In this document: positions 38,373 to 48,168 of the stretch, piece by piece
How positions within the stretch are numbered: position 1 is the first letter of the stretch
Layout of the letters: each line of letters starts with the position of its first letter
Source of the DNA: Armatimonadota bacterium
GTDB lineage: Bacteria; Armatimonadota; SYMT01
DNA length: 64,000 bases
Direction: 5' to 3'
Assembly (NCBI GenBank): GCA_041690135.1
Contig: JAWLHY010000007.1
Coordinates: 160,001 to 224,000 of the forward strand
Notes under the pieces: generated by a model
Told to the model about the DNA's origin: nothing
Database searches by the model: none
What the model saw: only the letters and a program-made list of their open reading frames with translations
Position numbers and translations under genes: made by a program

Positions 38373-39786
38373 TTGCCGCCGGCACCGGTCCGGGCCGGGG
38401 AACCTGAGCGCCGACGGTGGAACGCCACTCCTGAAGTCGCCGGTGGAGTTCGCGCACCTTCCCGCGCCGCTGCCGGCTGAGGTCCTGCTTCTCGCCGGGG
38501 TCCTTCTTCAGGTTGTAAAGCTCCAGGCGCCCGTCTTCAAAGTATTCGACCAATTTGAAATCTCCATCCCGGATGGCGCCCGCCGGGGTGGTCCGCCAGG
38601 GACCGGGAACCTTCGGTCCAGCCTCCAGGTAGTGGGGGAAGTGCCAGAAGAGGGACCGGTCTCCCGGTGTTCCACGACCTGTGAGCAATGGAACCAGGCT
38701 GCGACCATCCAGCAGGTGGGGGCGGTAGTCCTCGATCCCGGCTATGTCCAGGAGGGTCGGGAAGTGATCCACGGTAATGACCGGGATTTCGGAATGCCGG
38801 CCGGGACGTACCTTCCCGGGCCAGCGCACGATGAGCGGGACCCGGATGCCGCCTTCGTATAGCATCCCTTTGTAGCCCCGCAGGGGGTGGTTCGACGTGG
38901 CGCCGGACCAGCCGCCGTTGTCCGAGGTGAAGATTACCAGCGTATTGTCGCGGAGGTTCAAACGATCCAGGGTGGCGAGGACCCGCCCCACGCTTTCGTC
39001 CAGGCTGTGGACCATGGCGGCGTAGCGCGGATTGCTATGGTGCTCGGTCCGGGGGCGCGACTCGTAGCGGGTGATGAGATCGGCTTTGGCCTGGATCGGT
39101 GAGTGCACGGCGAAGTGAGTGAGATAGAGGAAGAAGGGTCGGTCGCGGTTCGCCTCGATGAAACGGGCCGATTCTTCGGTCAGCCGGTCCGTGATGTGCT
39201 CTCCCGCTGGAGATGCCTCGATACCCGGTAGTTTTGCCCTGTAAGGAGCGAAGTAGCCGGGAGGGCTGCCGCGGTGGTCGCCGGCTACGTTCAGGTCGAA
39301 GCCCTGGGTCTCGGGCGCGGTCTCTGCCGCCCCGAGGTGCCACTTCCCGATGCTGGCTGTGGTGTAACCGCCCGTCTTGAGCGCTTCGGCGAGGGTCCAC
39401 TCCTGCCGCCGCAGTTCTGTGCGGCTGGGAATCTCGATCAGTTTGCGTGCTTTCGGTCGGCCGCGGGGGGTGTCGCCGACCTGGGTGATGCCGTGGCGTG
39501 GGGTGTAGTGTCCCGTCATCAGGCTGGCGCGGGTGGGCGCGCAGTTGGGACCGTTGGCATAGGCATGGGTGAAGATCATCCCCTCCTGCGCGAGGCGGTC
39601 GATGTTCGGAGTTTGGTAGTAACCCGATCCGTAACAGGCGAGGTCGGTCCAGCCGAGGTCATCCGCCAGGATGAAGACGATGTTCGGCGGCCGCTGGGAT
39701 TTCTGGTCCCCCTGGGCGACCCCGCAGAGTGCCGGCAGCAGCGCCAGCAGAACCAACGAGCTCAAACGAAAGACGCGACCCACCAT
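38332..39786 (-). CDS. Formylglycine-dependent sulfatase
   Basis: PNIVFILADDLG, CAPTRASLMTG, GKWHLG, SDNGG; signal peptide. Confidence 0.95.
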   Translation of the reverse strand: MVGRVFRLSSLVLLALLPALCGVAQGDQKSQRPPNIVFILADDLGWTDLACYGSGYYQTPNIDRLAQEGMIFTHAYANGPNCAPTRASLMTGHYTPRHGITQVGDTPRGRPKARKLIEIPSRTELRRQEWTLAEALKTGGYTTASIGKWHLGAAETAPETQGFDLNVAGDHRGSPPGYFAPYRAKLPGIEASPAGEHITDRLTEESARFIEANRDRPFFLYLTHFAVHSPIQAKADLITRYESRPRTEHHSNPRYAAMVHSLDESVGRVLATLDRLNLRDNTLVIFTSDNGGWSGATSNHPLRGYKGMLYEGGIRVPLIVRWPGKVRPGRHSEIPVITVDHFPTLLDIAGIEDYRPHLLDGRSLVPLLTGRGTPGDRSLFWHFPHYLEAGPKVPGPWRTTPAGAIRDGDFKLVEYFEDGRLELYNLKKDPGEKQDLSRQRRGKVRELHRRLQEWRSTVGAQVPRPGPVPAAINPAPRADSRAGR

Positions 39787-39972
39787 TTCCCCGCCTTCAG
39801 CGCCAGAACGCAACAAATGAGATCCAACCCGGGTTGACGCGGTTCCGGGGCCGGAGGTTCACTCCGCAACAGCACACCAGGCGGATATTGGGAGCGACAG
39901 TCGGCCGGCTTCCGGAAGAGTTAAGCCCTGGGAGAACATTCGGGATCCGCGCCATGATAGCCTGTACCCGAA

Positions 39973-40731
39973 ATGAAGAACTACGTGCTCGATATGGATG
40001 GCGTGATCTACCGGGGCAACCAGCTCGTCCCCGGCGCGAAGGAGTTCGTCGAGCGCCTCCAGGCCGGCGGTCACCGGTTCCTGTTCATGACGAACAACTC
40101 GCAGCGCACCCCCCTCGACTTCCAGCGCAAGCTGGAGCGGATGGGCCTCAACGTGCCCGAGGAGCACTACTTCACCTCGGCCATGGCCACCGCGGCTTTT
40201 CTCCAGTCGCAGAGGCCGGGCGGCACCGCCTTCGTGATCGGCGAGGCCGGGCTGACCCACGCCCTCTACCAGGTGGGATACAGCCTCACGGACGTCGATC
40301 CCGACTACGTCGTCCTGGGTGACACTCCCTCTTACGACTACGGGAAAATGGTCCACGCGGTGAAGTTGATTCTCGAGGGAGCCCGCTTCATTGCCACCAA
40401 CCCGGATGTATCGGGCCCGGTGGAGGAGGGCATCCATCCAGCGTGTGGCGCGCTGGCGGCCCCCATCGAGCGCGTGACCGGCACCCAGGCCTATTATGTA
40501 GGGAAACCCAACCCGCTGATGATGCGCGAAGCCCTCCGCCGTCTCGACGCCCATTCGGAAGATTCGATCATGATCGGCGACCGGATGGATACGGACATCC
40601 TCTCCGGGATCGGCGCCGGGATGCACACGGTCCTCGTGCTCACCGGGGTCACCACGCGCGATGAACTCCGGAGTTTCTCCTATCAGCCCCACCGGGTAGT
40701 GGAGACGTTGCACGATCTGGAGTTGGAGTAG
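39973..40731 (+). CDS. HAD-IIA family hydrolase (NagD-like)
   Basis: DMDGVIY, TNNS, GKPNP, IGDRMDTDI. Confidence 0.93.
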   Translation: MKNYVLDMDGVIYRGNQLVPGAKEFVERLQAGGHRFLFMTNNSQRTPLDFQRKLERMGLNVPEEHYFTSAMATAAFLQSQRPGGTAFVIGEAGLTHALYQVGYSLTDVDPDYVVLGDTPSYDYGKMVHAVKLILEGARFIATNPDVSGPVEEGIHPACGALAAPIERVTGTQAYYVGKPNPLMMREALRRLDAHSEDSIMIGDRMDTDILSGIGAGMHTVLVLTGVTTRDELRSFSYQPHRVVETLHDLELE

Positions 40732-40733
40732 CC

Positions 40734-41084
40734 GTGGAGCGCTGGAAACAAGTGATCGTGGTGGACGCTTCCCTGGGATTGCCGCCGGGCAAACTGGCCG
40801 CGCAGGTGGCGCACGCCGCCGTGGCGGCCTTTCTCCACGCCGGCCCGGAAGCCCAACGATCCTGGTTGGACCAGGGCATGCCCAAGATCGTGCTGGCTGC
40901 CGGCAGCGCCGGGGAACTGCAGACGCTGGCGCAAAAGGCGCAAGAGGCATCTCTCCCCGCTTACCTGATTGCCGACGCGGGTCGGACGGTTCTCGATCCG
41001 GGGACCGTTACCTGTCTCGGCATCGGTCCTGCTCGCGCCGAGGAGATCGATCGAATCACGGGTACCTTACGCCTGTTGCAGTGA
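40734..41084 (+). CDS. pth2: Peptidyl-tRNA hydrolase Pth2
   Basis: KQVIVV, GKLAAQVAHAA, KIVL, DAGRT, T.LGIGP, IDRITG.LRLL. Confidence 0.92.
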   Translation: MERWKQVIVVDASLGLPPGKLAAQVAHAAVAAFLHAGPEAQRSWLDQGMPKIVLAAGSAGELQTLAQKAQEASLPAYLIADAGRTVLDPGTVTCLGIGPARAEEIDRITGTLRLLQ

Positions 41085-41089
41085 GAGTT

Positions 41090-41956
41090 TCAGCCTGCGG
41101 CCAGGGAGCTGGCCCAGTCGAAAACGGTCTCGATCTGTTGCCTCTCGGCCTTCTCCTCGATGCGATGGAAGTGCTCGGAGTTATTGGCGAGGTACTCGGC
41201 CACGGCTGCCGGTTCGGTCAACAAGTCGAGGACCGTAGTGTTCTCCGGTAGGGAGCGAAAGCCCCCGGCATAGGTGGTGGGGAACACCCATCCGCTGCCG
41301 CGGCGCATGTAAAAGAGTGGGACCAGCAGCCGGCAGAATTGAACCCGTGCGTGAGGCTGAAAGGCATCGCGCCAGCCGATCAGGTAGGGCGCGACGCCGG
41401 GCGCGAAGGCGGAAAGAAAGCCCACTACTTCGAGAAGGCTGTCGGAAGTATAGACCGGGGGCTCCTCGCCAGGTGAGGCATGCACCCCGGCAAACAGTTG
41501 CAGGGCCGTTCCGAAGAAGTGGAACAGGGCCTGGCGCTCCTCCGCCTTCATTGGCGGTCCGAAGAGTTGTCTCCCGATCGGCTTTACGAAGACAGAATAG
41601 TCGGGGTGAGCGGCCTCTAGGATCACGTAGAACAGCTTGCTCGCTTCAATCCGGCCGCTCAGATAACACTCGGCGATCCGCGGCATGAAGTAGGCGAGAT
41701 CGGGCCACGTCCCCCATACCGCAAAGGCGTGCATCAGGATCAGATCCAGGTCGGCGCATGCAAGCTTCCGGTAGGGAGTTTGGAGAATCGCCTCCATGCG
41801 GTCCGGAGTGATGCAGCAGTGGCAGAACCGGACGTTGATGGGATGCGGGCGGGCGAAGACAGGGTAGAGCTCTTGAAGGGCCTCGCTGACGCTCTCGGAC
41901 AGCGAGCGTAGGAGTTCCGGGTCCGGTTCGGGCCAGATCTGGCTTCGCGTGCGCAT
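41090..41956 (-). CDS. Hypothetical protein
   Basis: 288-aa ORF filling the gap between genes; CHCC and WG...LAYFMPRI motifs. Confidence 0.6.
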   Translation of the reverse strand: MRTRSQIWPEPDPELLRSLSESVSEALQELYPVFARPHPINVRFCHCCITPDRMEAILQTPYRKLACADLDLILMHAFAVWGTWPDLAYFMPRIAECYLSGRIEASKLFYVILEAAHPDYSVFVKPIGRQLFGPPMKAEERQALFHFFGTALQLFAGVHASPGEEPPVYTSDSLLEVVGFLSAFAPGVAPYLIGWRDAFQPHARVQFCRLLVPLFYMRRGSGWVFPTTYAGGFRSLPENTTVLDLLTEPAAVAEYLANNSEHFHRIEEKAERQQIETVFDWASSLAAG

Positions 41957-42008
41957 GACAGGATTATAATGGATCGGTAACCGCTTGAGTATGGAAGCTT
42001 ACAGGCCA

Positions 42009-42941
42009 ATGCACCCTTTGCACCTGAACACGCCACTCCTCCATTCCGCCACGCTCAGCCGTGATTTTGGCGCCGAAGTGTGGCTGAAGATGGATGCGCT
42101 CCAGCCGGTGGGATCTTTCAAGATCCGCGGCATGGGCGCGCTCTGCCAGGCCGCGCATGCGGAAGGCGCGCTGCGGTTCGTGTGCGCATCCGGCGGCAAC
42201 GCCGGGTACGCGGTGGCCTACGCGGGTCGTCGCCTGGGAGTGCCGGTGACCATCGCCACGCCCACGCGTACCTCCGAATACATGCGGGACCTGCTGCGCC
42301 AGGAAGGGGCGGAGGTGGAAGTGCATGGCGATACCTGGGACGAGACACACCAGTACGCGTTATCTCTCGCCGAAGCGCAGAGAGCGGCCTACATCCACCC
42401 GTTCGACGACCCGCGGATCTGGGAAGGGCATGCCACCCTGATGCACGAAGTGGCGGAGGCGGGGCTCCGTCCCGATGCGGTAGTGACGTCGGTCGGTGGG
42501 GGTGGGTTGCTGTGTGGGATCATCCGCGGCCTTCAGCAGTTGGAATGGAATGACGTGCCGGTCGTGGCGGTGGAGACGGAGGGGGCCGCGTCGTTCGCGG
42601 AGGCCGTCCGGGCTGGCCGGCTCGTCACGCTGGAGCGTATCCAAACGATAGCCACGACCCTGGCGGCGCGGACGGTGGCCGAGGCGGCGCTCCAGATGGC
42701 CAAGGAGCATCCCGTCGTTCCGTGGCTGGTGAGTGACCGGCAGACGGTAACGGCTTGCGCACGCTTCCTGGACGATCACCGGGTCCTGGTGGAGCCGGCC
42801 TGCGGGGCCTCCCTGGCCGCGGTGTACGACCGGGCCGAACCCCTGGCCGATAAACAGCGGGTGCTGGTGGTCGTCTGCGGCGGCGCGGGCGTGAACCGGG
42901 AACTCCTGGACCGTTGGATGGCGGAAACCGGCGCCAGGTAA
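42009..42941 (+). CDS. PLP-dependent L-serine/threonine dehydratase (SDS-like)
   Basis: GSFKIRG (PLP Lys), SGGNAG, HPFD, SVGGGGL, VEPACGA, VCGG. Confidence 0.9.
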   Translation: MHPLHLNTPLLHSATLSRDFGAEVWLKMDALQPVGSFKIRGMGALCQAAHAEGALRFVCASGGNAGYAVAYAGRRLGVPVTIATPTRTSEYMRDLLRQEGAEVEVHGDTWDETHQYALSLAEAQRAAYIHPFDDPRIWEGHATLMHEVAEAGLRPDAVVTSVGGGGLLCGIIRGLQQLEWNDVPVVAVETEGAASFAEAVRAGRLVTLERIQTIATTLAARTVAEAALQMAKEHPVVPWLVSDRQTVTACARFLDDHRVLVEPACGASLAAVYDRAEPLADKQRVLVVVCGGAGVNRELLDRWMAETGAR

Positions 42942-43070
42942 ACGCGGGCCTCTTGGTTGCATCCACCCCACCCGGGTATCATTTCCCTAGGATGTTGGCG
43001 GACGTGGTACTCGAACGTCCGGTTAAGATCTCGGTTCAGGTCGCAGCATCAAAGGTGGTTCAGAATGAGG

Positions 43071-43736
43071 ATGTTGTCTCCGCCGCCACCGCGAGAGGAA
43101 GTCGTCTATCCGGAAAGTGACGGTAAGCCGATCGCGGACAATACGCTCCAATTCGAATGGATCAGCACCATCAAAGGGGGGCTTGACGCGCTGTTCCGCG
43201 ACCGCTCCGACGTCTTCGTGGCGGGGGACCTGTTGTGGTATCCGGTGGAGGGTGATCCGCGAATTCGCGCGGCTCCCGACGTCATGGTCGTTTTCGGTCG
43301 TCCGAAGGGCCATCGCGGCTCGTATATCCAGCATGTGGAAGAGGGAATCGCTCCCCAAGTAGTGTTCGAGGTGCTGTCACCTGGTAACCGGGCGAGCGAG
43401 CTAGTCGACAAGTCATTCTTCTACCAGCGCTACGGCGTGGAAGAATACTATATTTACGACCCGGATCACGGAACGCTTTCCGGCCTGAAACGTGAGGACG
43501 GAGAACTGAATGTAATCCCGAACATGGAGGGCTGGATCAGTCCCCGACTGGGAGTCCGCTTCGGACTTGCCAGGGGGGATCTGCAGCTCACCTGTCCCGA
43601 CGGCACTCCATTCGCAACTTATGTCGAACTCGCGCGACAACGGGATGCCGAGCACACGCGCGCTGAGCAGGAGCGGGCACGGGCAGAGCGCCTTGCAGCC
43701 CGTTTGAGAGAATTAGGGATCGATCCGGAGGAGTAG
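43071..43736 (+). CDS. Uma2 family (PDDEXK-like) endonuclease
   Basis: YPESDGKPIADNT, APDVMVVFG, FEVLSPGN, GVEEYYIYDP; C-terminal coiled coil. Confidence 0.92.
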   Translation: MLSPPPPREEVVYPESDGKPIADNTLQFEWISTIKGGLDALFRDRSDVFVAGDLLWYPVEGDPRIRAAPDVMVVFGRPKGHRGSYIQHVEEGIAPQVVFEVLSPGNRASELVDKSFFYQRYGVEEYYIYDPDHGTLSGLKREDGELNVIPNMEGWISPRLGVRFGLARGDLQLTCPDGTPFATYVELARQRDAEHTRAEQERARAERLAARLRELGIDPEE

Positions 43737-43792
43737 ACCTCTCCCCCTTTTCTAGCGCGGCCGACGGAATTGCACATAGGGCGTAGGGCTGG

Positions 43793-44173
43793 ATGGCAGG
43801 TGAAAGCGGCGGTTGGCACACGTTTCAGGTAGAGGGGTTCGAGGTCCTCGTGGGTAAGGGTGCGCGCGAGAACGACCAGCTCACCTTCAAGGTCGGAAAG
43901 CCGAACGACCTCTGGCTCCACGCCGCGGGTTACGCCGGCAGCCATGTCCTCATCCGCAACCCGGAGCGCCTCTCGCGGATTCCCAAAGAGGTGATCGAGC
44001 GGGCCGCGGAGCTGGCCGTCTACCATTCCAAGGCCCGGGAGGCGCGCGGCAAGATCGAAGTGCATGTCTGCAAAGTCTCGGACGTGCGGAAACCCCCGGG
44101 ATGGCCTGCCGGCAAGGTGGAGCTGCGCCGGTGGGATAGTGTCAAGGTCTATCCCAAGCCGCCACCCACTTGA
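43793..44173 (+). CDS. Stand-alone NFACT RNA-binding domain protein (DUF814)
   Basis: VGKGARENDQLT...DLWLHA..YAGSHVLI...AAELAVYHSK. Confidence 0.88.
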   Translation: MAGESGGWHTFQVEGFEVLVGKGARENDQLTFKVGKPNDLWLHAAGYAGSHVLIRNPERLSRIPKEVIERAAELAVYHSKAREARGKIEVHVCKVSDVRKPPGWPAGKVELRRWDSVKVYPKPPPT

Positions 44174-44174
44174 T

Positions 44175-45491
44175 CTATTCGGTGGCCAGCGCCGGTTTCC
44201 GTCCGAGAGTTTCTCGTATGAACTCGGACTCCTGAAACGGAGCTTCCAGCTCCGTGCCCCGCATCAGGCGCCGCAGCACCGGGGAGAGCGCCACCGTGCT
44301 GGCGGTGCACATGACGACGAGCATGCAGTAGACCTCGTCCGGCACCGCGCCCATCTGCAGTCCCACGTTGGCAGCGACCAGACCCATCAACCCCCGTGCA
44401 TTCATCATGATGCCCACGCAGGCTGCCTGGCGGGGCTCCACGCCGCTTAAGCGGGCGGCCAGGGCTCCCCCGAAGAACTTCCCCACGAACGACGCGGCCA
44501 CTACTCCCAGTAGGAACAGCCACATCAGCCCCGTTCCCAGGCGACTCATGTCCGTGTGGAGCCCGGTATAGGTGAAGAAGATCGGCAGGAAGAAGGCCGT
44601 AACGAAGTCCCGCAGGCGCTGCGAGACGGCTTCCCGGAACGCCTCCTGGTCGTAGAGCGCCGCTCCCAGGACGAAAGCCCCGAAGATCGAGAAGATGCCG
44701 ATTCGGTTGGTGGCCGCGGCGGAGAGGAAGATCGCCACGAAGACCAGGGCCAGCGCGTTCAGACTGAGCTGCCCCGTCCGGCGGTCGATAGCGCCGCGGA
44801 GCCAGCGGATGGCGACCGGACGGACGACAAAGCCCATAAAGAGGGTGAAGGCTAGCGTGAGCCCCGCCATCCTCACCGCGAGGAGCGGGTCGAACTGGGC
44901 TCCCACGATGGCCGAGACGACTGCCAGAAGGATCCAGCCTAGCGCGTCATCGATGGCCGCGGCGGTGATGGTGAGCACCCCCAGCGGGGTCCGGTGGATG
45001 TTGAACTCGACCATCACCCGGCCCAGAACGGGAATGGCGGTGATCGAAAGCGCCGTGGCCAGGAAGAGCGAGAAACCTACCGGATGGACCTGCGGGAAGT
45101 GGGGTTGCATCCAGTTCCCCAGCAGGAGCCCCAGCCCGAACGGAAGCGCGATGCCGCTAAGGGCGACCCACGCTGCGGCCTTGCCGTGCGTCTTCACGTG
45201 CCCGAAATCGAACTCCAACCCGATGAGGAACATCAGGAGGATCAGGCCGAGATGACTCAGGATGTGAATGACCTGGCTGGTGCTGTCGGGGAAGAGTGCC
45301 GCGCTGGCTTCCGGAAAGATCCGCCCCAGGAAGGAAGGCCCGAGGATCAGGCCGGCGATGATCTCTCCGACCACCATCGGGTGCCCCAGGCGTCGTGCGA
45401 GGTTGCCGGCCAGCCGCGCGATACCGATGATCACGGCCAATTGGACGATGACCAGAAGCAAAAACGCTTCGATTTCGTGAGCTTCACTCAT
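44175..45491 (-). CDS. Cation:proton antiporter (CPA2)
   Basis: VVGEIIAGLILGPS, SITAIPVL, AAAIDD, MNARGLM. Confidence 0.92.
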   Translation of the reverse strand: MSEAHEIEAFLLLVIVQLAVIIGIARLAGNLARRLGHPMVVGEIIAGLILGPSFLGRIFPEASAALFPDSTSQVIHILSHLGLILLMFLIGLEFDFGHVKTHGKAAAWVALSGIALPFGLGLLLGNWMQPHFPQVHPVGFSLFLATALSITAIPVLGRVMVEFNIHRTPLGVLTITAAAIDDALGWILLAVVSAIVGAQFDPLLAVRMAGLTLAFTLFMGFVVRPVAIRWLRGAIDRRTGQLSLNALALVFVAIFLSAAATNRIGIFSIFGAFVLGAALYDQEAFREAVSQRLRDFVTAFFLPIFFTYTGLHTDMSRLGTGLMWLFLLGVVAASFVGKFFGGALAARLSGVEPRQAACVGIMMNARGLMGLVAANVGLQMGAVPDEVYCMLVVMCTASTVALSPVLRRLMRGTELEAPFQESEFIRETLGRKPALATE

Positions 45492-45556
45492 GGTCTACCT
45501 ATGACCCGATATCGCTGCGGGCGACATCCATGATGGGCGGTGCGAACCCGGCGCGC

Positions 45557-46048
45557 CTACCGCCAGCGGCTCTCATCCGGCTCATGGGGGGCACGCGCTT
45601 TTTTGAGCAGTTCCGTCAACAGGCGGAGTTCTTCCGGTTCCAGATGACCCAGTTGCGCGGCGTGACACTGGCGCACTTCCGCGGCCAACCGGGTGAGGAG
45701 TTGGCGTCCGGCGGGCGTGATACCGACCTGAACGGTGCGCCGGTTCTCCGCCGGCCGTTCGCGGTCGATGAGGCCGCGTTCAGCAAGCTTATCGAGGAGG
45801 CGGGTGATGTCGGGCGCCCGCGACACCAACTGGCCGGCCAGGGTCAGGGTTGGCACGCGCTCCGGATGCGCGGCACGCAATAAACGCAGGGTGTTATATT
45901 GCTGTGCCGTCAGGTCGTACTTTCCGAAAAGTTCGTCTTCCAGCAGACGCAGCCGGTCATACGTGCGCCACAGGTTCAGGAAGGCCTCCTGCTCCGGTGA
46001 GTCGAAGCGCTGGAGCCGTTCACCGGCCGTCTCGATCGTTGCTTGCAT
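45557..46048 (-). CDS. MarR family transcriptional regulator
   Basis: LTAQQYNTLRLL...PDITRLLDKL..RGLI.RER...NRR. Confidence 0.92.
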   Translation of the reverse strand: MQATIETAGERLQRFDSPEQEAFLNLWRTYDRLRLLEDELFGKYDLTAQQYNTLRLLRAAHPERVPTLTLAGQLVSRAPDITRLLDKLAERGLIDRERPAENRRTVQVGITPAGRQLLTRLAAEVRQCHAAQLGHLEPEELRLLTELLKKARAPHEPDESRWR

Positions 46049-46163
46049 GCCGGAATGATATCTTGTTCGAACAAGTGTTGTCGAGACGAGCTATCGCCGC
46101 TCCAGCACGGCTGCGATAGAATCGGCACGTCACTGGGCTTGCGGCGCGCACGAACGGGGTGAG

Positions 46164-47453
46164 ATGGAGCAGGCGGTAACGGAAAATGGATCGGCGGAAA
46201 CGCGCCGCAGCCGGGCTATCGAGGCGTCTCCGGTCTACTACGGTTGGGTGATCCTGGCGACGGGAACCCTTGGGATGATCATGACGACGCCGGGGCAGAC
46301 CGTCGGCGTTTCGGCATTCCTCGACGCTATCATCCGCGATCTGGGGATGAGCCGCGTAAGTGTCTCCCTGATGTATACGCTGGGCACGTTGGCCGGCTCT
46401 CTCACGATGCCGTTTGTGGGCCGGTGGGTGGACTACCGAGGTCCCCGGGTCGCGGTGGGCGTGATCGCAGCGCTCTTTGCCCTGGCGTGTGTGGGAATGA
46501 GCCGGGTCAACGGCCCGCTGGCGCTGCTGCTCGGTTTCATCGCCATCCGGGGCCTGGGCCAGGGCGCGTTGGGACTGGTGAGCCTGCACGTGGTCAATCT
46601 CTGGTTCGTGCGCCGGCGTGGCTTTGCGGTGGGCCTCAACGGGGTGGGAATGGCGGCGGCCAACGCCACGTTTCCCATTGCCATCCAGGCGCTGATCGCC
46701 GCCTACGGTTGGCGGAATACCTACGCGTTGCTGGGCGGGTTGGTGGCCCTGACCATTCTTCCCCTGGGCCTGGCTTTCTTTCGAGATCGACCGGAACTGT
46801 TCGGTCTTCGCCCGGATGGCCACGTTCGTGACTCGGACACGCACGAGCCGGTGCGGGAAGAGGAGTGGACGTTGCAAGAAGCCCGGCGCACCGCCATGTT
46901 CTGGGTCCTGGTCGTCGGAAGTCTTTTGCCGAGCGCGTTCGGCACCGGTCTCCTGTTTCACCACTTCTCCATTATGGCGCACAATGGGTTGGATCGCGTC
47001 GGCGCGGCGACGGTGTTCATCCCGATTGCGGGGGTGGCGGCGGCGACCAACCTGGCTTCGGGGATGCTCCTGGATCGCGTCCAGCCCCGGCAGATGCTTT
47101 CGGTTTCGTTGTGTCTCCTGACGCTCTGCCTTTTGGCGGCACCCCGGATCAATAGCCAGGAGATGGCCTGGGCCTACGGAGCCCTCCAGGGGATGATGCA
47201 GGGGATGCAGGGAGCCATCGGCGGCACGGCCTGGGCCTACTATTTCGGCCGCGCCAATCACGGCGCCATCCGGGGCTTCGTGTTTACCATCCTGGTCGGC
47301 GGTTCGGCGCTGGGGCCGCTGCCCTTTGCGTGGGGTGTGGAAACCTTCGGCAGTTACGCGCCGGTGCTGGGGGTGGCGGCAGTGCTACCCCTACTGGCTG
47401 CAATCTGGTCGCTATTTGTTCGAGCCCCAAGCCACACAGCGGCAGCCCAATAG
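46164..47453 (+). CDS. MFS transporter
   Basis: About 12 TMs; PGQT, GRWVDYRGPR, WFVRRRG, YFGR. Confidence 0.92.
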   Translation: MEQAVTENGSAETRRSRAIEASPVYYGWVILATGTLGMIMTTPGQTVGVSAFLDAIIRDLGMSRVSVSLMYTLGTLAGSLTMPFVGRWVDYRGPRVAVGVIAALFALACVGMSRVNGPLALLLGFIAIRGLGQGALGLVSLHVVNLWFVRRRGFAVGLNGVGMAAANATFPIAIQALIAAYGWRNTYALLGGLVALTILPLGLAFFRDRPELFGLRPDGHVRDSDTHEPVREEEWTLQEARRTAMFWVLVVGSLLPSAFGTGLLFHHFSIMAHNGLDRVGAATVFIPIAGVAAATNLASGMLLDRVQPRQMLSVSLCLLTLCLLAAPRINSQEMAWAYGALQGMMQGMQGAIGGTAWAYYFGRANHGAIRGFVFTILVGGSALGPLPFAWGVETFGSYAPVLGVAAVLPLLAAIWSLFVRAPSHTAAAQ

Positions 47454-47541
47454 TGCATTGCCCCCATGCGCCTGTCCTACATACGCTGCATTGGAGTGCC
47501 GGGCGCTGCTATTAATGGACGTTCCGGCAGGGAGCAAATCG

Positions 47542-47937
47542 ATGACTAACTTGCAGATCGTCCAGCAGATGTATGAGGCCTTCCGGGAACGGGACGCCCA
47601 GACGCTCCGCACCCTGTTCCATCCGGATATCGAATGGGTCCAGAATGCGGGTTTTCCCGGTGGCGGGCGGCATCTGGGCGTCGAGGCCGTGCTGAAGGAT
47701 GTCTTCGCAAAATTCCGGGTGGAGTGGGAAAGTTGGCAGGCCGTGGTCGATCGGTGGCTGGACGCGGGGGATGCGGTTGTGGCCCTCGGGGAATACCGGG
47801 GTCGTGCCAAAGCGACGGGCCGCGATATGACCGCCGCTTTCGCCCATGTCTACTGGGTGCGGGAGGGACAGATCATCCGGTTCGAGCAGTACACGGATAC
47901 GTTGGAGATCGCCCGCGCCCTGCAGACTGCCGGTTGA
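47542..47937 (+). CDS. SnoaL/NTF2-like protein
   Basis: VQQMYEAF...HPDIEW...FAHVYWVREGQIIRFEQYTDT. Confidence 0.88.
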   Translation: MTNLQIVQQMYEAFRERDAQTLRTLFHPDIEWVQNAGFPGGGRHLGVEAVLKDVFAKFRVEWESWQAVVDRWLDAGDAVVALGEYRGRAKATGRDMTAAFAHVYWVREGQIIRFEQYTDTLEIARALQTAG

Positions 47938-48168
47938 GGGAGCATTCAGGGTCCGGCACGCCTTGGTGTTTCCAGGTAGCACGTCGGGTGTTCCGACTCC
48001 CGATGGATGCGTTCGACCGGAAGTATGAGGCACACCACACAGCCGGTTGATGTCAGCCGTGGTAGAATGGGAGCACTTGCCCTCCACTCCACGGCGGGGC
48101 TGCTCTGCCGGCACACGCCTGGTTGTTGCTTGGGTCCGAAGCAGCCTCCCACTTCTGGGTGCCGGACC

